From a virus, in IMG/VR virus record IMGVR_UViG_3300020183_000011: 64,000 nt of DNA. One strand, given 5' to 3'. Made by a program: the position numbers and the translations under genes. The notes below the pieces were generated by a model that was given only the letters and a program-made list of their open reading frames with translations, made no database searches and was not told the DNA's origin. This document shows, in pieces, positions 24,111-32,665 of the stretch. The first letter of the stretch is position 1, and each line of letters starts with the position of its first letter.

Positions 24111-26040
24111 ATGTAGCATACCTAGAGTTATAGTAAGACCTAACAGAATGGTCTTGATCTCTTATAGGTACTTTAATAGAATTATTTGTTGATGACTTAC
24201 TAATATTAGTTGGAGCATTAACGATAGTATTTGATGGAGCTGCATTAGATGGTAACTTAGATGTTGCGTTATCTGCTGATCGTGCTGAAACTTCCGCCGC
24301 TTTTTGACGATCAGCATAAATCTGCATCTTAGCTTTATCTATTGCAATGTCTTTTGAAATTTGAGATTTACTTGCTGGTTTATAATACTTCGATTTCATA
24401 GCTTGTGTATCAGTTACTGCGCCTTCATCTTCAGCGTTATCTGCAGATCGTGCTGAAACTTGATCAGCTTTATTTGATGCTGCAGTTATGGCTTTAGCTT
24501 GATCGCGTAAGTCTTCAATGTTTTGCAACCTCATGTATTCATCAGCACTGATCTCTTTATCATCTACGAGGTATCTTATATTGTTAGGATCACTAGTATC
24601 CATGCGTAAGCTGTGTGTTTCTTTATTTGATGTAGCCTTTGGAGCACCTTTGTAATAGTTATCATAGATGCCTTTACCTAAACCTATAGCACCACCGATA
24701 CCCGCACCGATAGCAGTACCAACACCAGGAATAACAGAACCGATCATAGCTCCATAACCAGCATACTTAACTGCTGTACCACCAGTTCCTACAGCTTTAC
24801 CAGTCTTTTCGTATCCTGCTTCTTTAAGCTTATCACCACCCCATTGCATACCTTCACCAACTGCAGCTCCAACTGCACCTATGCCGACACCTTTCATGAG
24901 CTTACCAGCACCACCTACTTTTGATAGGTATCCAGCTCCCTTTTTAGCAGCTCCAATAGCACCTTTTCTGCCGATAAGATCGGTTGCAACACTAGCTAGT
25001 CCTCCTAAAGATCCGCCTTGACCTGCCGACGCAGCAACGTTGTTTAAAGCAACTAACATGTCAGAGTCGGCTTTAGCCTTACGTTCATTCTCTATCTTAG
25101 TGATGGTTATCAGTTCATTGAGTGGTTCTGTAGAAGCTGTTAATGCTTTTAATGTATCACTCTCTTCTTGCGATACATTTAGTTCATCTTGTGAGACATC
25201 TTCTTTAGCAGATTTAATTGCTCCCTTTTTCTCACCTTGTTTTGTAGGATCAATATCAATTAGCGCTTGTGCGGCTTTATCTCGGGCTTCTATATTCTTT
25301 CGACCACCAGTAGTCCTAGCATACTCTTCTTCTGACATTAATCCTTGAGCTGTGTCTATCTTGTATTGTTCTGTTTGAAGGTTAGCTTTAGCTTCTTGTA
25401 CCTTTTTACCTCTTTCAGCGTAATAGTCTTCTACAGCAGCATCTGTCTTAAACTGCTTTAGGTTTTTCATAGTAGAGTTTGCTTTAGTCATCTCATGAGC
25501 AGTTCTCAAACGCTCTTCTCGTACGTCTAGCTTTTTATCTAACCAGCTTCCACCTCCAGCTTTAACCAACCCAGTAGTATGTAATAAACCTCTGATTGAT
25601 CCAAACTTCCAAGCCATGCCGCTTGGATCAAACTTATTACCAGCTCTACCTGTAAGTCTTTCTTTAAACTGTTGTCCTATCCCGCGATAGTCCTTCTCTT
25701 GCTCTTTTGCTAACTTTTCAGCTTTTTCTCCAGTAATACCTTTTCCTTTAGAAGTATCACTGATAGTTTTTGTTAACTTTTCTATGTTTTTATTTAATCT
25801 TTTATTTTCATCTATCAAGTATTCTGTATTTTTATTAGAATCTTCTTTAAGTTTAGTTTCTTTAGAGTCTTTGATAATCGGTTCTGCAGCAAGCGTTTTC
25901 GTCTTGACACCTTCAGCTGATAGGTTATGCGAACGTAACTGTTGGATAACCTGTTTAAGAGCTCCTTCGCCCATCCTTTCAGGTTGATACTCTTTCTGAA
26001 ACTCTGCTTCAGATTTAAAAATTAATCCGCTTTTTGCCAT
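24109..26040 (-). CDS. Tape-measure / gp29-like baseplate hub protein
   Basis: Helical K/E/A-rich sequence, glycine-zipper GAMIGSVIPGVGTAIGAGIGGAIG, C-terminal NTIVNAPTN; follows the gp26/gp51-like genes. Confidence 0.65.
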   Translation of the reverse strand: MAKSGLIFKSEAEFQKEYQPERMGEGALKQVIQQLRSHNLSAEGVKTKTLAAEPIIKDSKETKLKEDSNKNTEYLIDENKRLNKNIEKLTKTISDTSKGKGITGEKAEKLAKEQEKDYRGIGQQFKERLTGRAGNKFDPSGMAWKFGSIRGLLHTTGLVKAGGGSWLDKKLDVREERLRTAHEMTKANSTMKNLKQFKTDAAVEDYYAERGKKVQEAKANLQTEQYKIDTAQGLMSEEEYARTTGGRKNIEARDKAAQALIDIDPTKQGEKKGAIKSAKEDVSQDELNVSQEESDTLKALTASTEPLNELITITKIENERKAKADSDMLVALNNVAASAGQGGSLGGLASVATDLIGRKGAIGAAKKGAGYLSKVGGAGKLMKGVGIGAVGAAVGEGMQWGGDKLKEAGYEKTGKAVGTGGTAVKYAGYGAMIGSVIPGVGTAIGAGIGGAIGLGKGIYDNYYKGAPKATSNKETHSLRMDTSDPNNIRYLVDDKEISADEYMRLQNIEDLRDQAKAITAASNKADQVSARSADNAEDEGAVTDTQAMKSKYYKPASKSQISKDIAIDKAKMQIYADRQKAAEVSARSADNATSKLPSNAAPSNTIVNAPTNISKSSTNNSIKVPIRDQDHSVRSYYNSRYAT

Positions 26041-26177
26041 TACCTACTCTCTAGTCTTTGTTTTTCTTCTTCTAAATACTTAATCAACATAGCAACATAG
26101 ATCTCGCGTTCAAATGGGAACATCTCTTCAATCTCAGTCAACGAATACTTGTGGTATTGCATGAGAGCGAAGTTCAT
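26040..26177 (-). CDS. gp51-like baseplate hub assembly protein (45 aa from ATG; frame open to the gp26 slippery site)
   Basis: (LSHESLSNYYK)MNFALMQYHKYSLTEIEEMFPFEREIYVAMLIKYLEEEKQRLESR*; TAATG overlap with the tape-measure start. Confidence 0.75.
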   Translation of the reverse strand: MNFALMQYHKYSLTEIEEMFPFEREIYVAMLIKYLEEEKQRLESR

Positions 26178-26215
26178 CTTATAATAGTTGGACAAGCTCT
26201 CGTGACTGAGATTAA

Positions 26216-26929
26216 CTAAAAAAAACTTGCCAGGCCCTCCATAGACTTAACATGATGCTTGCTACATACTGGGCAATCATATTCTACTGTCTGCTTTAAC
26301 TTAGGTACAGTTAAGAAAAAGTTTTCAATCTTCTTAAACTGTTCTTGAGTTAAGTTTTCAAGGAAGTCTAATACTTCTTGTCTTGTTTGATCTTTAGTAT
26401 TAAACACCTCATCAGTGTTGTATATTGATTCTATACAATCAACTACTACATCAAATATACTGTCTATATCTCCGTCTCGTATCTTCTCTAACTTATCTAA
26501 AGTATCTAGCGACGGGTTTTTCATCATGATCCCAACATCATCAAATAAAGGGATGTTAGTGTCATGTCCTTCTGGAAACTCTACCTTAAACTTTGTTATA
26601 TCTAACTTAACGTTAGCCTTTGCCTTTTCGTCATCGCATGTATCACAAAGGAATATTAACTCTACTATCTCGCCTACAGACTTTGCTCTGATCTGTGTAA
26701 ATAAGTATTCATAGTCAAACGTAGCTAAGTTATCTATGTCTACGTCTCCGACTATGCAAGACTGTAAGACGTTCTTTAATGTGTTGATCATTACCTTAGG
26801 GTCTTCAGACTGCTGTGCTAAGAGTAATGCTTTCTCTTCTTTGACCAAAAACGGTCTAAACTGTATCTCTCTCTTTGTAGATGGCACCGTTACATTATAT
26901 AACGGTGCCTTCATCATAGGTAGTGCCAT
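26216..26929 (-). CDS. 26: gp26-like baseplate hub subunit / assembly chaperone
   Basis: FRPFLVKEEKALLLA, FDYEYLFTQIRAKSVGE, two CxxC motifs, ends EGLASFF. Confidence 0.85.
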   Translation of the reverse strand: MALPMMKAPLYNVTVPSTKREIQFRPFLVKEEKALLLAQQSEDPKVMINTLKNVLQSCIVGDVDIDNLATFDYEYLFTQIRAKSVGEIVELIFLCDTCDDEKAKANVKLDITKFKVEFPEGHDTNIPLFDDVGIMMKNPSLDTLDKLEKIRDGDIDSIFDVVVDCIESIYNTDEVFNTKDQTRQEVLDFLENLTQEQFKKIENFFLTVPKLKQTVEYDCPVCSKHHVKSMEGLASFF

Positions 26930-26930
26930 A

Positions 26931-27362
26931 CTATTCTCCTTTATTCATATCTTTGATCATCTTGCTCAATTCGGAGGTTGACCCCACAAAAATCGCATTA
27001 TTATTTGTTACTTGTTTATTTGGCTGCCCTTCTTGTTGCTTAGGCGAATCCAACTTCTGCTTACGTTCACTCAATGCTAACAGCTGCTCGTTAGTGTCAG
27101 CTAGTTGTTTCATTAAGTTACCTACTACTTCAAAAGCTCTTGGGTGTTCTGATTGTTTTGCAATCTCTAACGCATGATACAATGCATCTTGGCCTTGATT
27201 CAACAACTTATGTAGGTTATTACGAGCTGAATCATAGTCGTAATCTACGTTCTCTTCAACCTTAGTAGAAGCTGGCACTATCTCAGCGCCAGTACTAATC
27301 GTTTCCCCAGGTTTGAGAGGCTCTACGTTAAAAACCTTTGACAAATTATCATCAGACTTCAT
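26931..27362 (-). CDS. 16: Terminase small subunit gp16-like
   Basis: DYDSARNNL, AKQSEHPRAFEV, NNNAIFVGSTSEL. Confidence 0.8.
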   Translation of the reverse strand: MKSDDNLSKVFNVEPLKPGETISTGAEIVPASTKVEENVDYDYDSARNNLHKLLNQGQDALYHALEIAKQSEHPRAFEVVGNLMKQLADTNEQLLALSERKQKLDSPKQQEGQPNKQVTNNNAIFVGSTSELSKMIKDMNKGE

Positions 27363-27376
27363 GATATACCTTTATG

Positions 27377-27877
27377 TTAAGTTATCTTTCTTCTTGGTGT
27401 AGCACGTTCAGCACTAACTTCAGGCTCACTATAATCCTCTACACTCGGTGGTGCTGGTGGAGCAGGAGGTGGTGGAGCTGATGGAGCTGGTCTTTGTGGG
27501 ATTGGCATCTGCATCTGTTGTGGTGCATCATTCTTTTTAGATGCTGAGTATGCATTAGCACCAAAGAATGCTGCCACCAAAGCTGAGATGGCTACAAAGT
27601 ATGTAGGAGCGATATTACCAATGATAGTTGCTGCATCGTCTACGTCTAACCATGAAGCGATAACGATGGTCACTGGATATAATAACATACCCCATAGTGC
27701 AAACCATGTCATCTTACGCATAGCATCACGTTGAGCATCTTGGTCTTCAAGCTCTCTACGCTTAAACTCAAGATACATAGCTAGTTCTTGGCTACTCACA
27801 TAGCCGTCACCGTTTGTATCCGCCTCTTGTAAATGTTGGTAAGCATTATCGCTTACACCTTGTTTTTTGTATTCCAT
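27377..27877 (-). CDS. EF-hand-containing two-TM membrane protein with Pro-rich tail
   Basis: DTNGDGYVSSQE loop; TMs WFALWGMLLYPVTIVIASW and YFVAISALVAAFFGA. Confidence 0.65.
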   Translation of the reverse strand: MEYKKQGVSDNAYQHLQEADTNGDGYVSSQELAMYLEFKRRELEDQDAQRDAMRKMTWFALWGMLLYPVTIVIASWLDVDDAATIIGNIAPTYFVAISALVAAFFGANAYSASKKNDAPQQMQMPIPQRPAPSAPPPPAPPAPPSVEDYSEPEVSAERATPRRKIT

Positions 27878-27886
27878 TTTAAGTCC

Positions 27887-28579
27887 TTAAGTTAATATTG
27901 TTCCGCGACCTGTAGACGCTGTTTCTGAAGAGTATAATGAATTTCTAGAGTTCTCAAAAGAATTATATCCTGTTTGATACTGATCAAAGTTGGTAAAGTA
28001 TGTGTCTGGCACCTCTACAGTATCACTCAAGAATGATTCTGTAGTGTTTGTTGCTGGTGAAGATCTCCAATACTTGTACTCCATAGCTACTGATAGCTTC
28101 ATCACGTCTTTATTTGCATAGTCCATTTGGATAGCGTTTATAGCTTTTGGATAGGCATGATATAATGTTACTTGATAACGACTCTTGTCTTTTATATCAA
28201 ATATATCAATGTTTATGTCTGTCACATAAGTCCAATAGTAATTAAAGTTACGAGTTACTGGGTCTTGAATAGCATTCATCCACTTATCAAACAGTTCTTT
28301 AACTGTCATCGAGTTATCTACATAGAACCCCATGTTTATGGTCTCGTATTGTTTTTGGTGTGGCATCTGACGCTCTTCGCCAAAAGTCTTTGCTGCCGTG
28401 GTCTCTAATGTTAACCCAGGCAAGCTTATGGCATCACAGTATAATAGTATCTTACGTAAATCTGCACTATATAGTCCTGCAGATAGAGAGCTTGGTAAAG
28501 CAAAAGATACCGCGAACCTAGATGTTCGCATCAACCCTTCGCCAGCTACTTGTGATATGAATTCGTTTAAAGTTGCCAT
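27887..28579 (-). CDS. 54: Tail tube initiator / gp54-like protein (tube fold)
   Basis: GLMRTSRFAV, CDAISLPG, FYVD, FDKWM, AYPKAI, YKYW. Confidence 0.72.
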   Translation of the reverse strand: MATLNEFISQVAGEGLMRTSRFAVSFALPSSLSAGLYSADLRKILLYCDAISLPGLTLETTAAKTFGEERQMPHQKQYETINMGFYVDNSMTVKELFDKWMNAIQDPVTRNFNYYWTYVTDINIDIFDIKDKSRYQVTLYHAYPKAINAIQMDYANKDVMKLSVAMEYKYWRSSPATNTTESFLSDTVEVPDTYFTNFDQYQTGYNSFENSRNSLYSSETASTGRGTILT

Positions 28580-29163
28580 TAGTATCCCATTGAGTCTTTC
28601 CAGACCCTGTTCTTATTTGCACCAACAAACTGCTCTACAGGTAACATGATCGCCGTAGCCCAGTCGTTTGCATCTATCTTCCTAAAAGTTGTCTTAACAT
28701 GATCAATCAAATAATGCTTAACACATGGTTCTGCTGATTTAAATTTACTGACTCCGTTTATTAGGCTCCATGAATATCGTATACGAGTGTTTTCGTTCAT
28801 GTTCCTGTCAGACACAAAGTCCATCAGCCTTTGTAATAGTATCATCCTAGGCTGATAAGGTAAGTAGTGTAAGTTTAAGCCAAGAAACCCACCAGCAACC
28901 TTCTTAAAAGGTAACACTAACGGGAACTTATCATAGTATGGCAGTTCATCTTTACCCTTAGGATCATATATAAACATATACATCGATCCTGGAACTATAG
29001 TGTTCTTAACCCTTGCAGAATCAGAATTCAGTACTTTAGCAGCTGTAAGGTTCTGTCTTCCAAGGAGCAAAGCTTGTTGTTGAAACCATGCCTTAGACTT
29101 GATAGCAGCTTCTTTTAAGTTATACTGATTGTTAGCAAATACGTCTTTAATCTGTTGAGCCAT
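28579..29163 (-). CDS. 2: DNA end protector protein gp2
   Basis: PGSMYMFIYDPK.K..LPYYDKFPLV, GLNLHYLP, CVKHYL, LPVEQF. Confidence 0.9.
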   Translation of the reverse strand: MAQQIKDVFANNQYNLKEAAIKSKAWFQQQALLLGRQNLTAAKVLNSDSARVKNTIVPGSMYMFIYDPKGKDELPYYDKFPLVLPFKKVAGGFLGLNLHYLPYQPRMILLQRLMDFVSDRNMNENTRIRYSWSLINGVSKFKSAEPCVKHYLIDHVKTTFRKIDANDWATAIMLPVEQFVGANKNRVWKDSMGY

Positions 29164-29168
29164 TTGAT

Positions 29169-29176
29169 TATTTATA
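29169..29176 (-). promoter_or_regulatory. T4-type late promoter for gene 2
   Basis: TATAAATA on the minus strand with the ATG 6 nt downstream. Confidence 0.7.
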
Positions 29177-29178
29177 TG

Positions 29179-29616
29179 CTAATTTAAGCCTAATTCATTC
29201 TCGGTTATGATCACGAACTCATACCCTCGATCCTTACACCATTCTGTAGCTGCCTTCCATTTTGCTTGGTTCTTGATAAAGGTGACTGACTCCATCAAGT
29301 AGTGTCTTGTCTTCTTGCCTGGAAACACTGGTGGCTGGGTCTGTTTGGCAGGTTTAACCTCTACGAGGTATGTCTTTGTTTGGTTTTCTTTGGTCTTAAC
29401 TCGTATCTTAAAGTCTATGAAGTACCTGTGAAGCCTATTGTCGGTGGGGCATTTATAAGGGATGACCGTCTCTTCTGAACACCATTTTATGATGGATGGG
29501 TTTTTATCACACCATGCAGCAAACCTGGTTTCCCAACTAGACCTCATGATGATGTTAGTAGGATCCCCTTCATACTTCTCTGGGAACATTGGTTTATATC
29601 TTCTTTTATGAAACAT
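29179..29616 (-). CDS. 4: Head completion nuclease gp4
   Basis: KYEGDPTNIIMRSSWE, W.SEE..IPY, HRYFIDF, LVEVKP, NQAKWKAA, ITENEL; start taken at MFHK. Confidence 0.9.
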   Translation of the reverse strand: MFHKRRYKPMFPEKYEGDPTNIIMRSSWETRFAAWCDKNPSIIKWCSEETVIPYKCPTDNRLHRYFIDFKIRVKTKENQTKTYLVEVKPAKQTQPPVFPGKKTRHYLMESVTFIKNQAKWKAATEWCKDRGYEFVIITENELGLN

Positions 29617-29621
29617 ATCCT

Positions 29622-29638
29622 TATTTATCATATAAATA
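29622..29638. promoter_or_regulatory. Back-to-back divergent late promoters
   Basis: GATAAATA on the minus strand (29629-29622) and TATAAATA on the plus strand (29631-29638). Confidence 0.65.
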
Positions 29639-29663
29639 ATCAATAAACGTTTAGGAATATAAT

Positions 29664-30878
29664 ATGCCAGATTTAAAATTATTTGGGAAAAACTTCGGTG
29701 ACCCATTTAAATCTAAAAGTACTCAAACTAAAGAAGATAACATTCCGTCAGGAAATAAAAACTTTTTTGGTAGTGAGTTGTTTTCTGCAAGAGGTGGTCA
29801 AGCAACATTTGATAGCAACAAATACAGGATCAACGAACACACTTATCCTTCAGACTTGATGGGTAATTTAGCTGAATATGGAAGTAACTACGTAGTGTTT
29901 TATATCAACGCTGCAGTAGATTCAAAGCTAATCAAAGACCAGATAGAAGCTACTGTAGAAGACAATACTCCCAGAGATAACGGTGAACTATTAGCTTTAT
30001 CAAGAAAGTTTGGCACTGGAGTTGGAGGAGCTATAGCTGCCCCAGCAGGAATAGCCATTGGCGGATTAGCATTAGGCGGCAGCTTAACAACATCTTCAGT
30101 GGTGAATGGAGTAGCAGCACGAGGCTTATCAAAAGAGGCGTTAACCACTGCTGCAGCCATAGGATTAGGTGCTGGTGCAGTAGCAACAGCTGCTAGCACT
30201 TTCTCAGGTCAAAAGAAAAGATTAAAGACAGCCATCGCTTTACACTCTCCTAATAACATGAGTACTACATACAGCATGAACTACGACGAAGAAGACCTCG
30301 ACATCTATGCTATGGGTGTAGCTGCAGCTGGAGGTACAGCTGCGGGCATTGAAGCCCTAGCCCAAAAAGGAGCTAGCAATGTATCTGGAGAAGGCGCGTT
30401 AAGTTCTATAGCCGCGGCAGGTTTAGGCTTAGGTTTATCAAAACTACCAGGAACCGCAGGCATAAGCAAGCTTACTGGCCTAGCACCTAACCCAAGAAAA
30501 GAACAACTATTCAAGCACGTATATTTTAGGACTTTTAACTTTGACTACCAGTTTTATCCAAGAGATCATATAGAAGCAGAAAAGGTATTAAACATCATCT
30601 ATGAGTTCAAGCTACACATGCATCCAGAGTTTAAAGACGCAAATAACTTCTTATACATATACCCATCAGAGTTTGATATATTCTATTATAATGGTACACA
30701 AGAAAATAAAAACGTAAATAGACACACATCATGCGTACTTACTGACATGACAGTAAACTACTCTCCAAACGGTCAGTTCACCACGTTCGAGAACGGTATG
30801 CCTACACAGATCAACATCACGTTGACATTTAAAGAACTTGCAACTCTTACAAAAGAGAAGATACAAGACGGGCTATAA
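29664..30878 (+). CDS. 48: Baseplate tail-tube cap gp48
   Basis: NPRKEQLFKHVYFRTFNFDYQFYPR, YPSEFDI, CVLTDMTVNYSP, LTFKE. Confidence 0.85.
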   Translation: MPDLKLFGKNFGDPFKSKSTQTKEDNIPSGNKNFFGSELFSARGGQATFDSNKYRINEHTYPSDLMGNLAEYGSNYVVFYINAAVDSKLIKDQIEATVEDNTPRDNGELLALSRKFGTGVGGAIAAPAGIAIGGLALGGSLTTSSVVNGVAARGLSKEALTTAAAIGLGAGAVATAASTFSGQKKRLKTAIALHSPNNMSTTYSMNYDEEDLDIYAMGVAAAGGTAAGIEALAQKGASNVSGEGALSSIAAAGLGLGLSKLPGTAGISKLTGLAPNPRKEQLFKHVYFRTFNFDYQFYPRDHIEAEKVLNIIYEFKLHMHPEFKDANNFLYIYPSEFDIFYYNGTQENKNVNRHTSCVLTDMTVNYSPNGQFTTFENGMPTQINITLTFKELATLTKEKIQDGL

Positions 30879-30881
30879 TAT

Positions 30882-31376
30882 ATGTACTTTAAAAACTTCC
30901 CTACATTTTTATATGACTATGATATCAATGGTACGACCCAGTACAAGCTAGTCAAGGACATCACACAGAACGTTAGGTTGCGTAAAGAACTACTATCTAA
31001 CATAACGTTGTATGATGAGTATGACTTCAGAGACGGAGATACACCTGAAATCATAGCAGAGAAGGTATATGGGTCTCCACTATACCATTGGGTCGTCATG
31101 CTGGTTAACGAAAAGTATGACTACATCAATGACTTCCCTCTCCCGGTATATGAACTAGAGAAGCATATCACTGCAAAGTATGGCGCAGGTAATGAGTACG
31201 ATACGCATCATTATGTAGATAGCAACGGGTTCATAGTACACTCATCATACCCTGGAGCAACATCTGTATCTAACTATACGTATGAGTCAGACGTGAACGA
31301 GAGTAAACGCAGGATCAAGCTAATATCACCTTCACTACTAAACACCATCCTTAAAAACTTTAAAGACCTTATATAA
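30882..31376 (+). CDS. 53: Baseplate wedge subunit gp53
   Basis: MYFKNFP, DGDTPEIIAEKVYG..YHWVV, NESKRRIKL. Confidence 0.9.
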   Translation: MYFKNFPTFLYDYDINGTTQYKLVKDITQNVRLRKELLSNITLYDEYDFRDGDTPEIIAEKVYGSPLYHWVVMLVNEKYDYINDFPLPVYELEKHITAKYGAGNEYDTHHYVDSNGFIVHSSYPGATSVSNYTYESDVNESKRRIKLISPSLLNTILKNFKDLI

Positions 31377-32665
31377 TGCCAGCAGATTCTGAAGTAATAC
31401 GGTTCGCGGGAGACGTCTCGATCGACAAGATTGAGATCATCTCGTCTAATGGGTTTGGTCAAGACGTAACCAATCAAGTCATAGCCATAGAGATGTACGA
31501 GGACATATTCTCTCCGTTCATATCTGGAGTACTGGCATTAAAAGACTCGTTAGACTTAGCAAACCTGTTCCCGTTTGTAGGTGAAGAGTTCGTCAACATC
31601 AAGATGCATACTCCTTCCTTCGAAGGTAAGGATAACATAATCAGCGACCAGTTCTATATCTTCAAGATGTCAAATCGTATCAAGAAGGGTGACAGGAACC
31701 TTATCTATGAACTACACTTCATATCACGTGAAGCCATAGTTGACTTAAACAAGAAGGTCAGTAAGTGTTATCAAGGTAAGTGTTCTGACATAGCTCAATC
31801 GATAATCACAGATAAGATCAATGGCTTGGAGACTGTTAAGACTCCTATCATAGAAGAGACGCCTAACGGGGTCAAGTACATATCAAACTTTTGGTCTCCT
31901 GTAAAAGCATTGAACTATACGGCAGAGATCGCTGTTAACAGGAACGGCAACGCTTCTTATCTGTTCTTTGAAAATAAGTACGGGTTAAACTTCGTATCGC
32001 TCGAGACGTTGTATCAAGCAGAGCCCACACAATACTTCACTTATGATGCTTTCATGAGGGAGTTTACTCCAGACGGCAGGTCATTCAGGAACATAGAAAA
32101 AGAATACCAACGTATCATAGACATCAACATGCCAACCATATTTGACTACATAGACAGGGCAAAGAGCGGCATGTATGCTTCTAAGATGATCAACTATGAC
32201 CTAACTACCAAGAAGTATGTGGTCAAAAACTTTGATATGCTCACCGAGTTTAGTAATCAAAAACACCTAAACGAGTTTGCTGGTGCCTCTAATAATGTCA
32301 TTCGTAGGTCAAACTCAATGGTGTTTGCTATGCCAAAATACTATGGAAACTTTAATAACTTTGGTGACGTGACTAATGCTAGGTCGATCCAAAGAAGGAT
32401 GTCATTGATACAACAAGCAGAGATATCAAAGGTGGAGATAGTCGTCCCAGGTAGGACAGACTACACAGTAGGCAAGAAGGTTTACTTGAACTTGAATAAG
32501 TTTAATCCTACCGATAAGGAAGACATGGATACGGCTGATAACATGTTTTCGGGTAACTATATAATAGCAGCTATAAATCATTTTGTAAATAGAGAGAAGC
32601 ATGAGTGTCATATGGAGTTGATCAAAGACACGTTCATAGTTGATCTAAATAAAGGTGGAAGATGA
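31376..32665 (+). CDS. Baseplate hub protein (gp27/gpD-like)
   Basis: YEDIFSPFISG, YLFFENKYG.NF.SL, VPG...TVG, SGNYIIAAINH; between gp53 and gp5. Confidence 0.7.
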   Translation: MPADSEVIRFAGDVSIDKIEIISSNGFGQDVTNQVIAIEMYEDIFSPFISGVLALKDSLDLANLFPFVGEEFVNIKMHTPSFEGKDNIISDQFYIFKMSNRIKKGDRNLIYELHFISREAIVDLNKKVSKCYQGKCSDIAQSIITDKINGLETVKTPIIEETPNGVKYISNFWSPVKALNYTAEIAVNRNGNASYLFFENKYGLNFVSLETLYQAEPTQYFTYDAFMREFTPDGRSFRNIEKEYQRIIDINMPTIFDYIDRAKSGMYASKMINYDLTTKKYVVKNFDMLTEFSNQKHLNEFAGASNNVIRRSNSMVFAMPKYYGNFNNFGDVTNARSIQRRMSLIQQAEISKVEIVVPGRTDYTVGKKVYLNLNKFNPTDKEDMDTADNMFSGNYIIAAINHFVNREKHECHMELIKDTFIVDLNKGGR

